NCBI GenBank assembly: GCA_046351325.1
Contig: JAXLYR010000002.1
Span: forward strand, 496,334-560,333
Length of the DNA stretch: 64,000 nt
Direction: 5' to 3'
Source: Polyangiaceae bacterium
Lineage (GTDB): Bacteria; Myxococcota_A; Polyangia; Polyangiales; Polyangiaceae
The position numbers and the translations under genes are program-made. Shown piece after piece: positions 19,149 to 28,733 of this stretch. Position 1 is the stretch's first letter, and every line of letters begins with the position of its first letter. The notes under the pieces were generated by a model, which ran no database searches, was not told the DNA's origin, and saw only the letters and a list, made by a program, of their open reading frames with translations.

Positions 19149-21575
19149 TCAATCGGCGAGGTGGCGCCCGCGAACGTCGACGGTCTTGTAGCGACCGAGG
19201 AACTCGCGCGTGCTCGCCAGCGATTTGATGTGGTCGAGGACGTTGCCCTTCGGGGTCGCGTACTCGAGGAAGAGGTTGTCGTCGGTCGCGATGATCGGGC
19301 CGCCGTTGTCTTTCGCGACGTCGTCGCAGAGCCGCGCGAGGTCTTCGTCGGAGGCGACCATCTCGTCGAGCATGTCGAGCAGGTGCCTGTCCCCGAGCAC
19401 CGAGTGCATGCGCGCGTCGCCTTCCAGCGCTGTCAGCCGCGCGCGCGAGGCGACGAGCGGATGGCGGCTCGCGACCAAGATGCCCTGCGCGCCGCCCTCG
19501 AAGAGCGCCACGTGGGGGAACACGTGCATCAGCGTCCGGACGATCGTCGCGAGCTCACGCGGGCGGATGTGGTGCAGCTGCACCCACTGCTGAAGGACGC
19601 CCTCCTCGTAGAGCCTGCTCTTCGCGAGCTCGTAGAACTCGGCGGAGTAGAGGTTGCTCGCGCCGGCGAACCACACGCTGGTGAGCTCGATCGTGATGAG
19701 GTCGTACGGATCCTTCGCGAGGAGGAGCACGTTGCGCCCGTCGTTCAGCGTGAGGTTCGTGCGCGGGTCGGCGAGGCCGTCGAGCTCGGGGTTTCTGAAG
19801 TGCGTCTTCGCGGCCTCGACAATCGCGGGGGAGATCTCGGCGACGTCGATGCGCTCGAACGGGTAGGCGGCGACGGTGCTCAGCGTCGTGCCGGTGCCGA
19901 GCCCGATGACGAGCGCGCGCCGCTCCTTCTCCAAGAAGAGGGAAGGGAAGTGCGCGAAGCGTCGCTGCGCGCTCATCTCGGGGCCGTTGTCGCCTTGGAA
20001 TTTGCCGTTCGTCAGCAGCGTGAGGATGCCGTCCTCGCGCCTGACGACGGTGGTGACGCCGCCGTGCACGTCCTCGCGAACGAAGAGGATCTCCTTCGGC
20101 GGGGGACCGTGCGTGAAGTAGACGTTCACGCCGTTGGTGAGGCGCGCGAGATCCCAACGCGGCGCGATCACGCAGGCGAGCGCGGCGAGTCCACCGAGGA
20201 CCGCGATCTTGCGACGGGTGGAGCGACCTTCGAAGCCAGTCTCGGGTTGCGGGGGCGTGACGTTCGACGGCGCAGGCTTCGAGCTGTCGCGCAGCGCGAG
20301 GCCCGCGAGCACCACGAAGGCGACCACGATCGCGATGAGCGTCCGCTGTGAGCCGAGGAGCGGCAGCACGACGTAGCCCGTCAGGATCGACCCGAGGATG
20401 GTGCCCGCAGTGTTCGCGACGGTGAGGCGCCCGACGTCGCGCGCGACCGATGCGCGGCGCGCGACACGGCCGAGCAGGATCGGGAATGTCATGCCCATGT
20501 AGATCGTGGGCACGACGAGGATCATGAAAGCAGCGAGGCCGCGGCAGAGCTCGCGACCGGCCCACGAGTTCACGTACCAACCCGCCAGCGCGAAAAAGCG
20601 TGGGAGCTGATCCCAGAGCGGCGTCGCCAGGGACAACGCGAGCGCGCTCGCCGCGAACGTCCACGCGAGCGCGGCGCCCCAACCCGTGCGATCGGCGACC
20701 GAGGGCGCGCGCGCAGCGCCGATGCCGAGGCACACGAGGAACACCGCCAGCATGAGCCCGAACGCGTAGGCGCTGTTGCCGATGAGCAGCGAGAGGAGGT
20801 GGGTCTCGACGACCTCGGTGGCGAAGACCAGAAAGCCCGACGCGAACGCGTAGAGCAGGACCGAGCTCGGGAGCGGATCGGCTGCGTCGCTTTTCGCCGC
20901 TGCTTTGTCGGGGCTCGCTGCGTCGCTGGTGGTTGTCGAGGCCGCCGCGCCGACAGGTGCGCTCCGCATCCCGAGCACGATCGCGCTGAGCCCGAGCGCG
21001 ACGTTGATGAGCGCTGCCGCGCGCATCGTGCCGTGGATGCCGAGCGTCGGCAGGATGAGGTACGCCGCGAGCATCGAGCCGAGCGCGCCTCCCACGGTGT
21101 TGACGGCGTAGAGCCGAGGCAGCGCGCGATCGCTCTCGCTCGAGGTGCCGACCACGCGGCTCAACATCGGCAGCGTCGCGCCCATGCACGCCGTCGGGAA
21201 CACGATGACGATGAACGTGAGCGCCCCGCGGATCGCGGTCGTCGTCGTGAGCGAGCCCGACGCGGGGATGAGCTTCAAATAGACGGTGGTGATCCCGTCG
21301 AAGAACCAAGGCGTCGCAGCGCAAACGAGCCCGACGAGGACCTCGGCGACGCCGTAGCCGACGAGCGGTTTGTGGATGCGGGACGCGACGCGCCCCCCGA
21401 GGTGCGCGCCGAGCGCGAGGCCCGCCATGAACGCGCTGAGCACGGTGCTGATCGCGTACGCGGTCGCGCCGAAGATCGTCGCGAGCACCTTGGAGAAGGC
21501 GACCTCGTAGAGAAGCCCGGTGGCTCCGGAGACGAGGAACATGAACGAGACGAGGGCGAGGTTCTTACGGGCCAA
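19149..21575 (-). CDS. Fused MFS-like membrane domain and spermidine synthase-like (polyamine aminopropyltransferase fold) protein
   Basis: About 12 predicted TM helices, starting at MARKNLALVSFMFLVSGATGLLYEVAFSKVL. The C-terminal SpdS-like methyltransferase fold contains VIGLGTGTT and ITIELTSVW. Confidence 0.85.
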   Translation of the reverse strand: MARKNLALVSFMFLVSGATGLLYEVAFSKVLATIFGATAYAISTVLSAFMAGLALGAHLGGRVASRIHKPLVGYGVAEVLVGLVCAATPWFFDGITTVYLKLIPASGSLTTTTAIRGALTFIVIVFPTACMGATLPMLSRVVGTSSESDRALPRLYAVNTVGGALGSMLAAYLILPTLGIHGTMRAAALINVALGLSAIVLGMRSAPVGAAASTTTSDAASPDKAAAKSDAADPLPSSVLLYAFASGFLVFATEVVETHLLSLLIGNSAYAFGLMLAVFLVCLGIGAARAPSVADRTGWGAALAWTFAASALALSLATPLWDQLPRFFALAGWYVNSWAGRELCRGLAAFMILVVPTIYMGMTFPILLGRVARRASVARDVGRLTVANTAGTILGSILTGYVVLPLLGSQRTLIAIVVAFVVLAGLALRDSSKPAPSNVTPPQPETGFEGRSTRRKIAVLGGLAALACVIAPRWDLARLTNGVNVYFTHGPPPKEILFVREDVHGGVTTVVRREDGILTLLTNGKFQGDNGPEMSAQRRFAHFPSLFLEKERRALVIGLGTGTTLSTVAAYPFERIDVAEISPAIVEAAKTHFRNPELDGLADPRTNLTLNDGRNVLLLAKDPYDLITIELTSVWFAGASNLYSAEFYELAKSRLYEEGVLQQWVQLHHIRPRELATIVRTLMHVFPHVALFEGGAQGILVASRHPLVASRARLTALEGDARMHSVLGDRHLLDMLDEMVASDEDLARLCDDVAKDNGGPIIATDDNLFLEYATPKGNVLDHIKSLASTREFLGRYKTVDVRGRHLAD

Positions 21576-21608
21576 GACCGCGCGACCCTAGTACTGTCGG
21601 TCCTAAAA

Positions 21609-22169
21609 GTGGAGCGGAGCGAGGACTTCGACGAGCTCGGCTGGGCTGCGCACCCCGTGTCGCCGTGGGAGCGACGCGACGCTTTCACGCTGTTCTCCGC
21701 GGATGCTCACGCGCGTCTCGAGCGAGGCCCGCTCGCGGGCCACGCGGCGCGACTCTTCGGCGCGACGCTCTCGCTGAGCCCGGAGAAATCGTTCCCGCGA
21801 GGCTCGCAGCCGCGCGCGGACGCGGCACACGTGTCGATCGCCGGCCCGTTCGACGGCCGCGCCGAGGTTCGTCTGATGCCGATCGATCGCGCTGCCGCGC
21901 TCCGGATCGCGGCGAGGAAGGTCGCTGAAGACATGGGCGGCGCGGGGATGGACGTGCTCGTGGCCCGCGCGCGCACGATCATCCAAGTCCAGGCATTGCC
22001 CGAGTCCGCCGCGAGCAGTCTCGCGATCGCGGCCGTCTTCGCGTCCGTCACGCTCGCGCCGATCCTGCCGCCTCTCGAGGACGTCCTCTTCGCCATCAAG
22101 GGCGCGCGCGAGCGATTGACATTGCTTACACGATTGTCGACGTTGCCGGCCTGCAAAAAGCCGCCTTGA
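21609..22169 (+). CDS. Hypothetical protein, candidate gene. The tail of ORF 20799..22169 that lies outside the antisense shadow.
   Basis: GC3 is about 88% in this frame and the composition is protein-like (…FAIKGARERLTLLTRLSTL). The stop is 35 bp before the ung-fusion gene. Start is uncertain (GTG at 21609 or a later ATG). Confidence 0.3.
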   Translation: MERSEDFDELGWAAHPVSPWERRDAFTLFSADAHARLERGPLAGHAARLFGATLSLSPEKSFPRGSQPRADAAHVSIAGPFDGRAEVRLMPIDRAAALRIAARKVAEDMGGAGMDVLVARARTIIQVQALPESAASSLAIAAVFASVTLAPILPPLEDVLFAIKGARERLTLLTRLSTLPACKKPP

Positions 22170-22203
22170 CGATCGCGGGCTCACCCCGAGAGCATGCGCC
22201 GCG

Positions 22204-23382
22204 ATGACAGCCCCGAAGCGTCGATCAAAGCCAGCGGATGCGAAGCCGGCCACACGCAGCGCGGCCGCAGAATCTCCCAAGAAGTCTGCGGTCGCGGGCC
22301 TTCGTCGCCCGCGCCAGGAGCGCGACTGGAAGTCGACGTTCCAGCTGCTCGTCGCGATGGCGCTCGCGGGCGCTGCGATGCAGGCGGCCGCGCGCAACGC
22401 GCTGCTCAAGCTCTTCGAGCGCTGGCCCGACGCGGCCTCGCTCTCGCGCGCCGACGTGAAGGCCGTCGAGCGCGTGCTGCGCCCGCTCGGACAAGCTCGT
22501 CAGAACGCAGAGGCCGCGATCCTCCTCGCGTCCGATCTGGTGGCGCGCTTCGGCGGCGAGGTCCCCGCGTCTGCCGAGGAGATCGCCTCGCTGCCAGGCG
22601 TCAACGGGACCGTCACCAACGTCGTCGTGCGACGCGCGCACGGCGTCGTGCCCGGGGCTCCGACGAACGAAGCTGTAAGCGAGGACGAGGAGGGCGCTCC
22701 GAACTCGCGCGTCGACGCGTCTCGGTTGCCGAGCGACTGGGTCGCCGCGCTCGGTCCAGCGCTCGACGCGATCGACCTCGAGACGACCCTCTCGCGCGTC
22801 GCGGCCGAGCGCGCGACCGGCGCTGTGTTTCCGCCTGCCGCCGACGTTTTCGCTGCGTTTCACCACACGCCTTTCGCCAAGACGCGCGTGCTCGTCCTCG
22901 GCCAAGACCCCTATCCGACGCCGGGCCTCGCGCACGGCCTCGCGTTCTCCGTGAAGCGCGGCGTGAAGCTCCCGCAGTCGCTCGTGAACATGTTCCAGGA
23001 GCTCAAAGACGATTTCGGCTGTGAGCTCCCGAAGGACGGCTATCTCGTGCCTTGGGCGCATCAGGGTGTCTTGCTCCTCAACGCGCTGCTCACCGTGCGC
23101 GCGTCCGAGCCCGGCTCGCACAAGCTCTTCGGGTGGCGAGAGCTCACCGACGAGGTGATCCGCGCGCTCGACGCTCGCGAGGAGCACGTGGTGTTCGTGT
23201 TCTGGGGGACCCAAGCCCGCGCGAAGGCGAAGCTCGTCGTGAGCGGTCGGCACACGATCATCGAAGGAGCTCACCCGAGCCCCATGTCGGTGAAGGCGTT
23301 CCGCGGCAGTCGGCCCTACTCCAAAATCAACGCGGCGCTCTCCGCGCACAACCAACCGGAGATCGATTGGGCGCTGGCTTGA
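22204..23382 (+). CDS. ung: Uracil-DNA glycosylase (family 1) with an N-terminal Lys/Ala/Pro-rich tail and an HhH-like extension
   Basis: The C-terminal half carries UNG motifs (VLVLGQDPYPTPGLAHGLAFSV, GVLLLNALLTVRASEPGSH, HPSPMSV). The N-terminal ~170 aa have a basic tail KRRSKPADAKPATRS…SPKKS and an HhH-like LPGVNGTVTNVV. Confidence 0.85.
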   Translation: MTAPKRRSKPADAKPATRSAAAESPKKSAVAGLRRPRQERDWKSTFQLLVAMALAGAAMQAAARNALLKLFERWPDAASLSRADVKAVERVLRPLGQARQNAEAAILLASDLVARFGGEVPASAEEIASLPGVNGTVTNVVVRRAHGVVPGAPTNEAVSEDEEGAPNSRVDASRLPSDWVAALGPALDAIDLETTLSRVAAERATGAVFPPAADVFAAFHHTPFAKTRVLVLGQDPYPTPGLAHGLAFSVKRGVKLPQSLVNMFQELKDDFGCELPKDGYLVPWAHQGVLLLNALLTVRASEPGSHKLFGWRELTDEVIRALDAREEHVVFVFWGTQARAKAKLVVSGRHTIIEGAHPSPMSVKAFRGSRPYSKINAALSAHNQPEIDWALA

Positions 23383-23416
23383 CGAGCCGAGTCGAGACGC
23401 TCAATCATCGACGGCA

Positions 23417-23977
23417 ATGGCGGGGACCGATCGGCTCGTGGTGCAGGCCACGACCCAAACTGGGCAGAGAATGCCGTCCGTGCTCTCGGCCTTCGCAGAT
23501 CTGCTGCGACAGTCGTGGCCTTGTCGGCCCGCGCTGGAGAGCCTCGCCGCAGCCCAACGCGAGCACGAGTTCTTGGAGGCTTGCAGGAAGCTCGTTGCCG
23601 CGCTCGATGCGGCGCACGCGGAGTACCCGTCCGCGGCCTTCTGGTGGAAGGACGAGAGCTCGCGCTTCCTCGGGTTTTGCAATCGCTTTGCGGTCGCGTC
23701 CGGCATCCCTTCGCAGAAGTTGTTCGGCCTCACCGACGCCGATCCCGGCGTCGTCTGGAGTCGCCAGGCCGCGCTCTACATGAAGGACGATCGCGAGGTC
23801 TTGGCCGCCGGCAAGCCACGCTTCGACATCGTCGAACGGCAAGACCGCGAGGACGGGACGCTGTGGCTGCGTACGAGCAAAGTCCCTTACATCGGCGTCG
23901 GTGGTTCGGGGACGGTCGGGGGCTTCGACACCATCAGCGCGGCGCGCGCCCTCGAGCTCGCCAAGAACCGCAAATAG
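23417..23977 (+). CDS. Hypothetical protein with PAS-like fold pattern
   Basis: DREVLAAGKP…ERQDREDGTLWLRTSKVPYIG resembles a PAS core. The competing antisense ORF is Arg-rich junk. Confidence 0.45.
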   Translation: MAGTDRLVVQATTQTGQRMPSVLSAFADLLRQSWPCRPALESLAAAQREHEFLEACRKLVAALDAAHAEYPSAAFWWKDESSRFLGFCNRFAVASGIPSQKLFGLTDADPGVVWSRQAALYMKDDREVLAAGKPRFDIVERQDREDGTLWLRTSKVPYIGVGGSGTVGGFDTISAARALELAKNRK

Positions 23978-24066
23978 GCGAGCGCCCGCGTCCGCACCCA
24001 CCGATGTGAGCGGCGAGGTCGCGCACGGCTCCCGCTCGTGCTTCGCACGCGCTATGGAAAGAAGCC

Positions 24067-25068
24067 GTGTCTTTGCTCACCTCTCGCTCCAAGCGACCCG
24101 AGCCCGAGACGCCGCTCATGGCGCTCAGCCGCGCGAAGCTCCGTGCTGCGGCCGAGCCGCTCGCGCCCGCGCTCGCCGCGCGTCGGCTCGGGCCCTATTC
24201 GGGCTACCTCGGCATGCTCGAGCGGATCGAGCACCTCGTGACGTCATCGGGCTATCGCCTGCTCGACATCGGTCGCTCGGTCCAGGGTGAGCCCATCTTC
24301 GCGCTCCACGCCGGCCCCGAGCCGCGCGGGTCGCTCCTGCGTTCGAGCGTGATCCTGAGCGGCGTGCACCCGATCGAGTGGATCGGCGTCGAGACGCACC
24401 TCGCGTTGCTCGATCGGATCGCAGGCAAGCTCGCCGCCGATCGGTCGATCGTCTCCATACCGATCGTCAACCCCGACGGCGTTCGACGTGTCGACGGCAA
24501 CCTGCGCGCGGGCAAGCGCCAGTTCGTTCGGCACAACGCGCGCGGCGTGGATCTCAACCGCAACTTCGATCACAGCTGGGGCAAGCTCGGTTGGGTCCAG
24601 CGCGCGCTCGGTCGTGTGTTCCGCGCCGGGGTCGGGCCGGCCAGCGAACCCGAGGTCGAATCGGTCGCGCACCACCTCGGTGATTGCCGCGTGGATCGCG
24701 CGCTCTCGCTGCACAGCTTCGGGGGCGCGGTCCTCTATCCGCGTGCGTCGTCACGGCGACCGATCCCCGACGCGCGAGAGCACCGCATCTGGGCTCGCCG
24801 CATCGCGCGGGCGATCGACCCCGCGCATCCGTATGTCGCGTCGTCGTGCGCCAACTGGGCTTGGGGCCTGACGGCAGGTGGGCTCGAGCTCGATTGGTTC
24901 CACGCGCGGCACGGCGCGCTCTCGCTCCTCGTCGAGTGCTCTCGCAAGAACCGCCGGCTCGGCCAAGCGCTCGACCCCTTCGCGTGGTTCAACCCCGAGA
25001 GCCTGGCTACCGAGACCAACGCGCTCGCGCGAGCCCTCGAGCCCTATGTCCTCGGGCTCCCCAGCTGA
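24067..25068 (+). CDS. M14-family zinc carboxypeptidase-like protein
   Basis: Zn-binding HPIEW, NPDG and VDLNRNF motifs. An alternative start is the ATG at 24118. Confidence 0.8.
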   Translation: MSLLTSRSKRPEPETPLMALSRAKLRAAAEPLAPALAARRLGPYSGYLGMLERIEHLVTSSGYRLLDIGRSVQGEPIFALHAGPEPRGSLLRSSVILSGVHPIEWIGVETHLALLDRIAGKLAADRSIVSIPIVNPDGVRRVDGNLRAGKRQFVRHNARGVDLNRNFDHSWGKLGWVQRALGRVFRAGVGPASEPEVESVAHHLGDCRVDRALSLHSFGGAVLYPRASSRRPIPDAREHRIWARRIARAIDPAHPYVASSCANWAWGLTAGGLELDWFHARHGALSLLVECSRKNRRLGQALDPFAWFNPESLATETNALARALEPYVLGLPS

Positions 25069-25114
25069 GCTCCCCGGCTGAGCGCCAGTCTTTACTTACC
25101 CGTAAGTAAGCCTG

Positions 25115-27175
25115 TTAGAGGCTTATCGGGTAGCTGACAGTGTGGGGCGGCCCGGTGTACGGCGGGGCCTTCGCGGACTTGAAGGCCTGGGTGACACAGG
25201 CGCCCGTGGGCGTACCCGAATAAGGAGGGCTGACGCTGACACCCGTGACCTTGCCGGTGGGCGCGAAGGTGACCGAGACCGTGCCGGGGCCATGCGGGCC
25301 GTCGCTGCGGGCGCAGCCCTTGTACGACGCGAACGAAAGAGAAGTGCGGGCGGCCCCGCTGTCGAAGGTGTCGGGTGGAGGCGTCGTCGTGGCCACCGTC
25401 GGCGTCGTCGGCTGCTCGACCGTGAGCGTCGTCGTCGGCGCGCTGGTGGTGGCGGCCGAGGGCGGCAGGTGTGATGGCCCCGGATACTTTGAGCTCCAAG
25501 TATTCGTGGGCGCAAGGCTTACGGAGCTGTCAGAAGAGGTGACAGCGCTGTCGGTCGACGGTGCGTCGGTAGACGATGTGGAGGGGACAGGTGTCGCCGA
25601 GTCGACGACGACCGAAGAGGAGGTCGCGTTCGGGTGAGGCGTGTCCGAGCCCTCGCTCTCCTTGTCATCGGTGCGCTGCGAGGGCGACTTCGTATCTTGC
25701 CTCTGCATGTAGAGCCCGACGCCGACGCCGATACCTGTGAGACCCAGCAAGAGACCGACGAGCAAGACCCACGAGCGGCTCGACTTCTCGGGGGGGTGTG
25801 CGGTCGCGACAGGGACAGCCGGGACGGCCATGGGCTGGCCTGTGGCTTGGCGGGTCGCGACGACCTCGGGCTGGGTTGGTGCCGGCTGTCCGAAATACGG
25901 GCCACCTTGCGGCCCCGGCTGCGTGATGACCCCGGGCTGAGCGGGTGTTGGAGAGGGCAGGGCGCTCGTGTTGGCAGCGACTGGGCCGCTGCCTGATCCG
26001 AACGGAACAGGCCCCCCCGCAGGCGTGACGCCAGGCGACGGCGCCGTGCCGTGGCGAGCCGGCGTTGGCCAGCCCGGCTGCGGGCCTGTGTTCATCCCGA
26101 TAGGCGTGCGACCGGTCGACGCGACGAACTCACCCGTGCCCATCGCGACGTGCGACGGATTCACGATTTGGCGGCCGTCGTTGGGCGGAGCGCTCTGGCG
26201 GATCTGCACGTCGCCTACAGGCGTGTAGGAAGCCGCGGCCGTCGGCGGCGCGTTCATCAGCGACGGCGAGCTCATCCGCACGGGAGGCCCGACGTTGAGC
26301 AGGGACTCGAGGCTCGCGACGAGCTCGTCGACGCTGGGGTATCGCGCCCCAGGATCCCGAGCCACGCAGCGCGCGAACCACGCGTCGAAGTTCGGGGGGA
26401 GGAGGTGGGCGACGCCGAGCTCGTTCGCGCGAATGCTCGCCGGTGGGATGGGCTCGAACGCGACCTCGCGGAGGATGGCCATCTGGCCGCCGTCGAGGTG
26501 CGCTGCGCGCCAGAAGACCTTGCCTGTGAGCAGGAAGAACCCGAGCAACCCGAGCGGCCAGAGGTCTGCGGCGGCCGTGATCGGCGCGTGGGGTGTCGTC
26601 TGCTCGGGGGCCATCCAGAGCGGCGTGCCGATCGTCGCGGTCGAGCTCGACCGGGCCTCGGCGACGACCTTGGCGATGCCAAAGTCAAGGACCTTGACGA
26701 TAAACGCGACGCCTTGGCGACGGGAGACCGCGAGGAAGAGGTTCTCGGGTTTGAGGTCGCGGTGCACGACGCCGCCCTTGTGCGCGGCGCCGAGCGCGTG
26801 GCCCGCCTGGCGGAAGACCTCCATCACCTCGATCGGTGAGAGGGGCCCGCGACGGTGCACGTGCGAGTCGAGATCCTCGCCCTCGAGCAGCTCCATCGCG
26901 AGCCACGGCATCCCCGTCGCTTGATCGACGCCGGCGTCGATGACCTCCACGACGTGCTCGCTCGCGATGCGCGCCCCGACCGTAGCCTCTTGATGGAAGC
27001 GCTCGAGGAAGCGCACGTCCTTCACGAGCTCGGGCAGCATCAGCTTGAGCGCCCGATGTCGGCCCGTCGGGATGTGCACCACGCGGTACACCATCCCCAT
27101 TCCGCCGGCGGAGAGCGGTGCTTCCACGCGGAAGATCCCCGCGAATATTTCCCCCGGATTGAGCCGTGCAGCCAT
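25115..27175 (-). CDS. Ser/Thr protein kinase with one TM helix and an extracytoplasmic C-terminal AgmX/PglI-type (TonB-C-like) domain
   Basis: ALKLML, HRDLKPEN, DFGIAK and MAPE motifs. A Pro-rich linker precedes the TM helix SWVLLVGLLLGLTGIGVGVGLYM. C-terminal GTVSVTFAPTGKVTGVSV…ACVTQAF…HTVSYPISL. Confidence 0.9.
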   Translation of the reverse strand: MAARLNPGEIFAGIFRVEAPLSAGGMGMVYRVVHIPTGRHRALKLMLPELVKDVRFLERFHQEATVGARIASEHVVEVIDAGVDQATGMPWLAMELLEGEDLDSHVHRRGPLSPIEVMEVFRQAGHALGAAHKGGVVHRDLKPENLFLAVSRRQGVAFIVKVLDFGIAKVVAEARSSSTATIGTPLWMAPEQTTPHAPITAAADLWPLGLLGFFLLTGKVFWRAAHLDGGQMAILREVAFEPIPPASIRANELGVAHLLPPNFDAWFARCVARDPGARYPSVDELVASLESLLNVGPPVRMSSPSLMNAPPTAAASYTPVGDVQIRQSAPPNDGRQIVNPSHVAMGTGEFVASTGRTPIGMNTGPQPGWPTPARHGTAPSPGVTPAGGPVPFGSGSGPVAANTSALPSPTPAQPGVITQPGPQGGPYFGQPAPTQPEVVATRQATGQPMAVPAVPVATAHPPEKSSRSWVLLVGLLLGLTGIGVGVGLYMQRQDTKSPSQRTDDKESEGSDTPHPNATSSSVVVDSATPVPSTSSTDAPSTDSAVTSSDSSVSLAPTNTWSSKYPGPSHLPPSAATTSAPTTTLTVEQPTTPTVATTTPPPDTFDSGAARTSLSFASYKGCARSDGPHGPGTVSVTFAPTGKVTGVSVSPPYSGTPTGACVTQAFKSAKAPPYTGPPHTVSYPISL

Positions 27176-27253
27176 GACGCGAGTTTAGCAGTCTGCGGAA
27201 AGCGCCAGCGTCGCCCCCCTCAACGTGGGTGAGGGGAGCGTTCAATCAAGCTG

Positions 27254-28552
27254 TCACTGGCAGCCGCGGGCGCAGCGGATCGTCGCGATACGCCAATCGC
27301 CCCACTCGTAGGTGAGACCGAACTCATGGAGCATGATCTTGCCGTTCATGTCCTCGGTCTCCACGCGAGCGGTTCCAGCCTTGTCACCTTCGGCCTTAAC
27401 CTCGACGACCTTCATGCTCTTCACCTCGCCGAAGACGTCGACGATCCACGTCGAGAGGTAGAGTGACATGGCCTCGTACGGGCCGAGGACGTGCGCTGAC
27501 ACGGCCTGGTTGATCGTCCACGCGAGGAACTCGTCCTGGGTGAGGCGCTCCTTCAAGAACGCCGCCTTCTGATCGTAGGGGGCGCTCTCGTAGTCGATGC
27601 CTGCCTGAGCGAGGATCTGCGCGTAGTAGCTCTCTTGCTCCTGAGCGCGGTGCAAGAAGTTCAAGAAGTCGTTGAGCACCGTGGTCTCGAGATACGTGCG
27701 CGCAAACAGGTTGCTCGCGGCGTCGTTGTCTCGGTAGCGCATGGCCTTCTCGAGCTCGGCCATCTGCGTGCGGATGCCCTCGTCGGGCGAGGGGATCGGC
27801 TTCTCGTACGCGTTGTAGAGGTCGACCATGTATTTGACCGGCACGACGAGGCCCACGCGCTTGGTCTCGACGTGCGTCGCGACGACGACACCGATGACCG
27901 AGCCGCAGGCGTCGACGACGGGGCCCCCGGAGTTACCCGGATTGATGTTCGCGTTGGTCTGGACGAACTTGCGCTTGTCGAGGTCACGCTCGACGGCGGA
28001 GATGTCGCCAGGCTCGAACGTCAGGGCGAACTCGGTCGAGCCCTCGACGTAGGGATAGCCCATTGCGGCGACGCGCTGACCGAGCTTCGGCCCGAGCGGA
28101 TTGATGGCGAGGCCCTCGGCCATGCCGCCGAGGCGATTGGCCTTGAGGATCGCCAGGTCGTTCTTCGAGTCGACCTTCACGACCTCGAGGCCTGCGACCT
28201 CGGTCTTGTTGCCAGTCTCGTTCTGGAAGATGGCGCTGAACTTGTCGCCCTCGGCGATGACATGGCGGTTCGTGACGATGAGGAGCTGGTCGTCGTGCGT
28301 CGTGTGGATGACCCAGCCAGTGCCGGTCGCGTTGCCGGCGACCAGACGCACGACGTTGGGACGCACGTTCTCTTGGACAGCGTCACCCTTGAAGTCCTTC
28401 GACTGGCAGTCCTTGGCCGCTCCCGAGTCCATCAGCGGTGTGCCGCCAGCCCCACCACCGCAGCCGATGAGCGTGCCACCGACGAGCAATCCGACGGACC
28501 CGACCAACGACGCAAGACCCGCCCCCTTGATACGCGACCACACACCCTTCAT
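27254..28552 (-). CDS. Trypsin-like (S1, DegP/HtrA-like catalytic domain) serine protease lipoprotein with a C-terminal alpha-helical extension
   Basis: Lipobox LIGC. Catalytic-triad context TNRHV (His), DLAIL (Asp) and GNSGGPV (Ser). No PDZ recognisable. Lies directly upstream of the kinase on the same strand. Confidence 0.85.
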   Translation of the reverse strand: MKGVWSRIKGAGLASLVGSVGLLVGGTLIGCGGGAGGTPLMDSGAAKDCQSKDFKGDAVQENVRPNVVRLVAGNATGTGWVIHTTHDDQLLIVTNRHVIAEGDKFSAIFQNETGNKTEVAGLEVVKVDSKNDLAILKANRLGGMAEGLAINPLGPKLGQRVAAMGYPYVEGSTEFALTFEPGDISAVERDLDKRKFVQTNANINPGNSGGPVVDACGSVIGVVVATHVETKRVGLVVPVKYMVDLYNAYEKPIPSPDEGIRTQMAELEKAMRYRDNDAASNLFARTYLETTVLNDFLNFLHRAQEQESYYAQILAQAGIDYESAPYDQKAAFLKERLTQDEFLAWTINQAVSAHVLGPYEAMSLYLSTWIVDVFGEVKSMKVVEVKAEGDKAGTARVETEDMNGKIMLHEFGLTYEWGDWRIATIRCARGCQ

Positions 28553-28733
28553 GACGCCTCCGTTCGTGATGCGGCGAGCTCCCTCGTTCGCCGATCCACG
28601 ATCGACTGAAGATTACGCAACACGAGAGACCGAAAGAGACCAAGTGCCCCACGCCCCTCGGTGGAGTCGAAAGGAAGTCTGAGACGGTCTCATCATGATC
28701 TTTATTCGGCAGGCTAACAGCGAGGTTGAATCC

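Noticed and set aside
19555-21324. 589-aa and 396-aa alternative-frame ORFs inside the MFS/spermidine-synthase gene
   Set aside because: Extreme Arg/His/Asp composition and no motifs. The real gene has a 12-TM pattern plus SpdS fold.
20799-21608. N-terminal ~270 aa of ORF 20799..22169
   Set aside because: Antisense to the MFS/SpdS gene with Arg/Glu/Asp junk composition. Only the 3' tail (21609-22169) is retained as a candidate gene.
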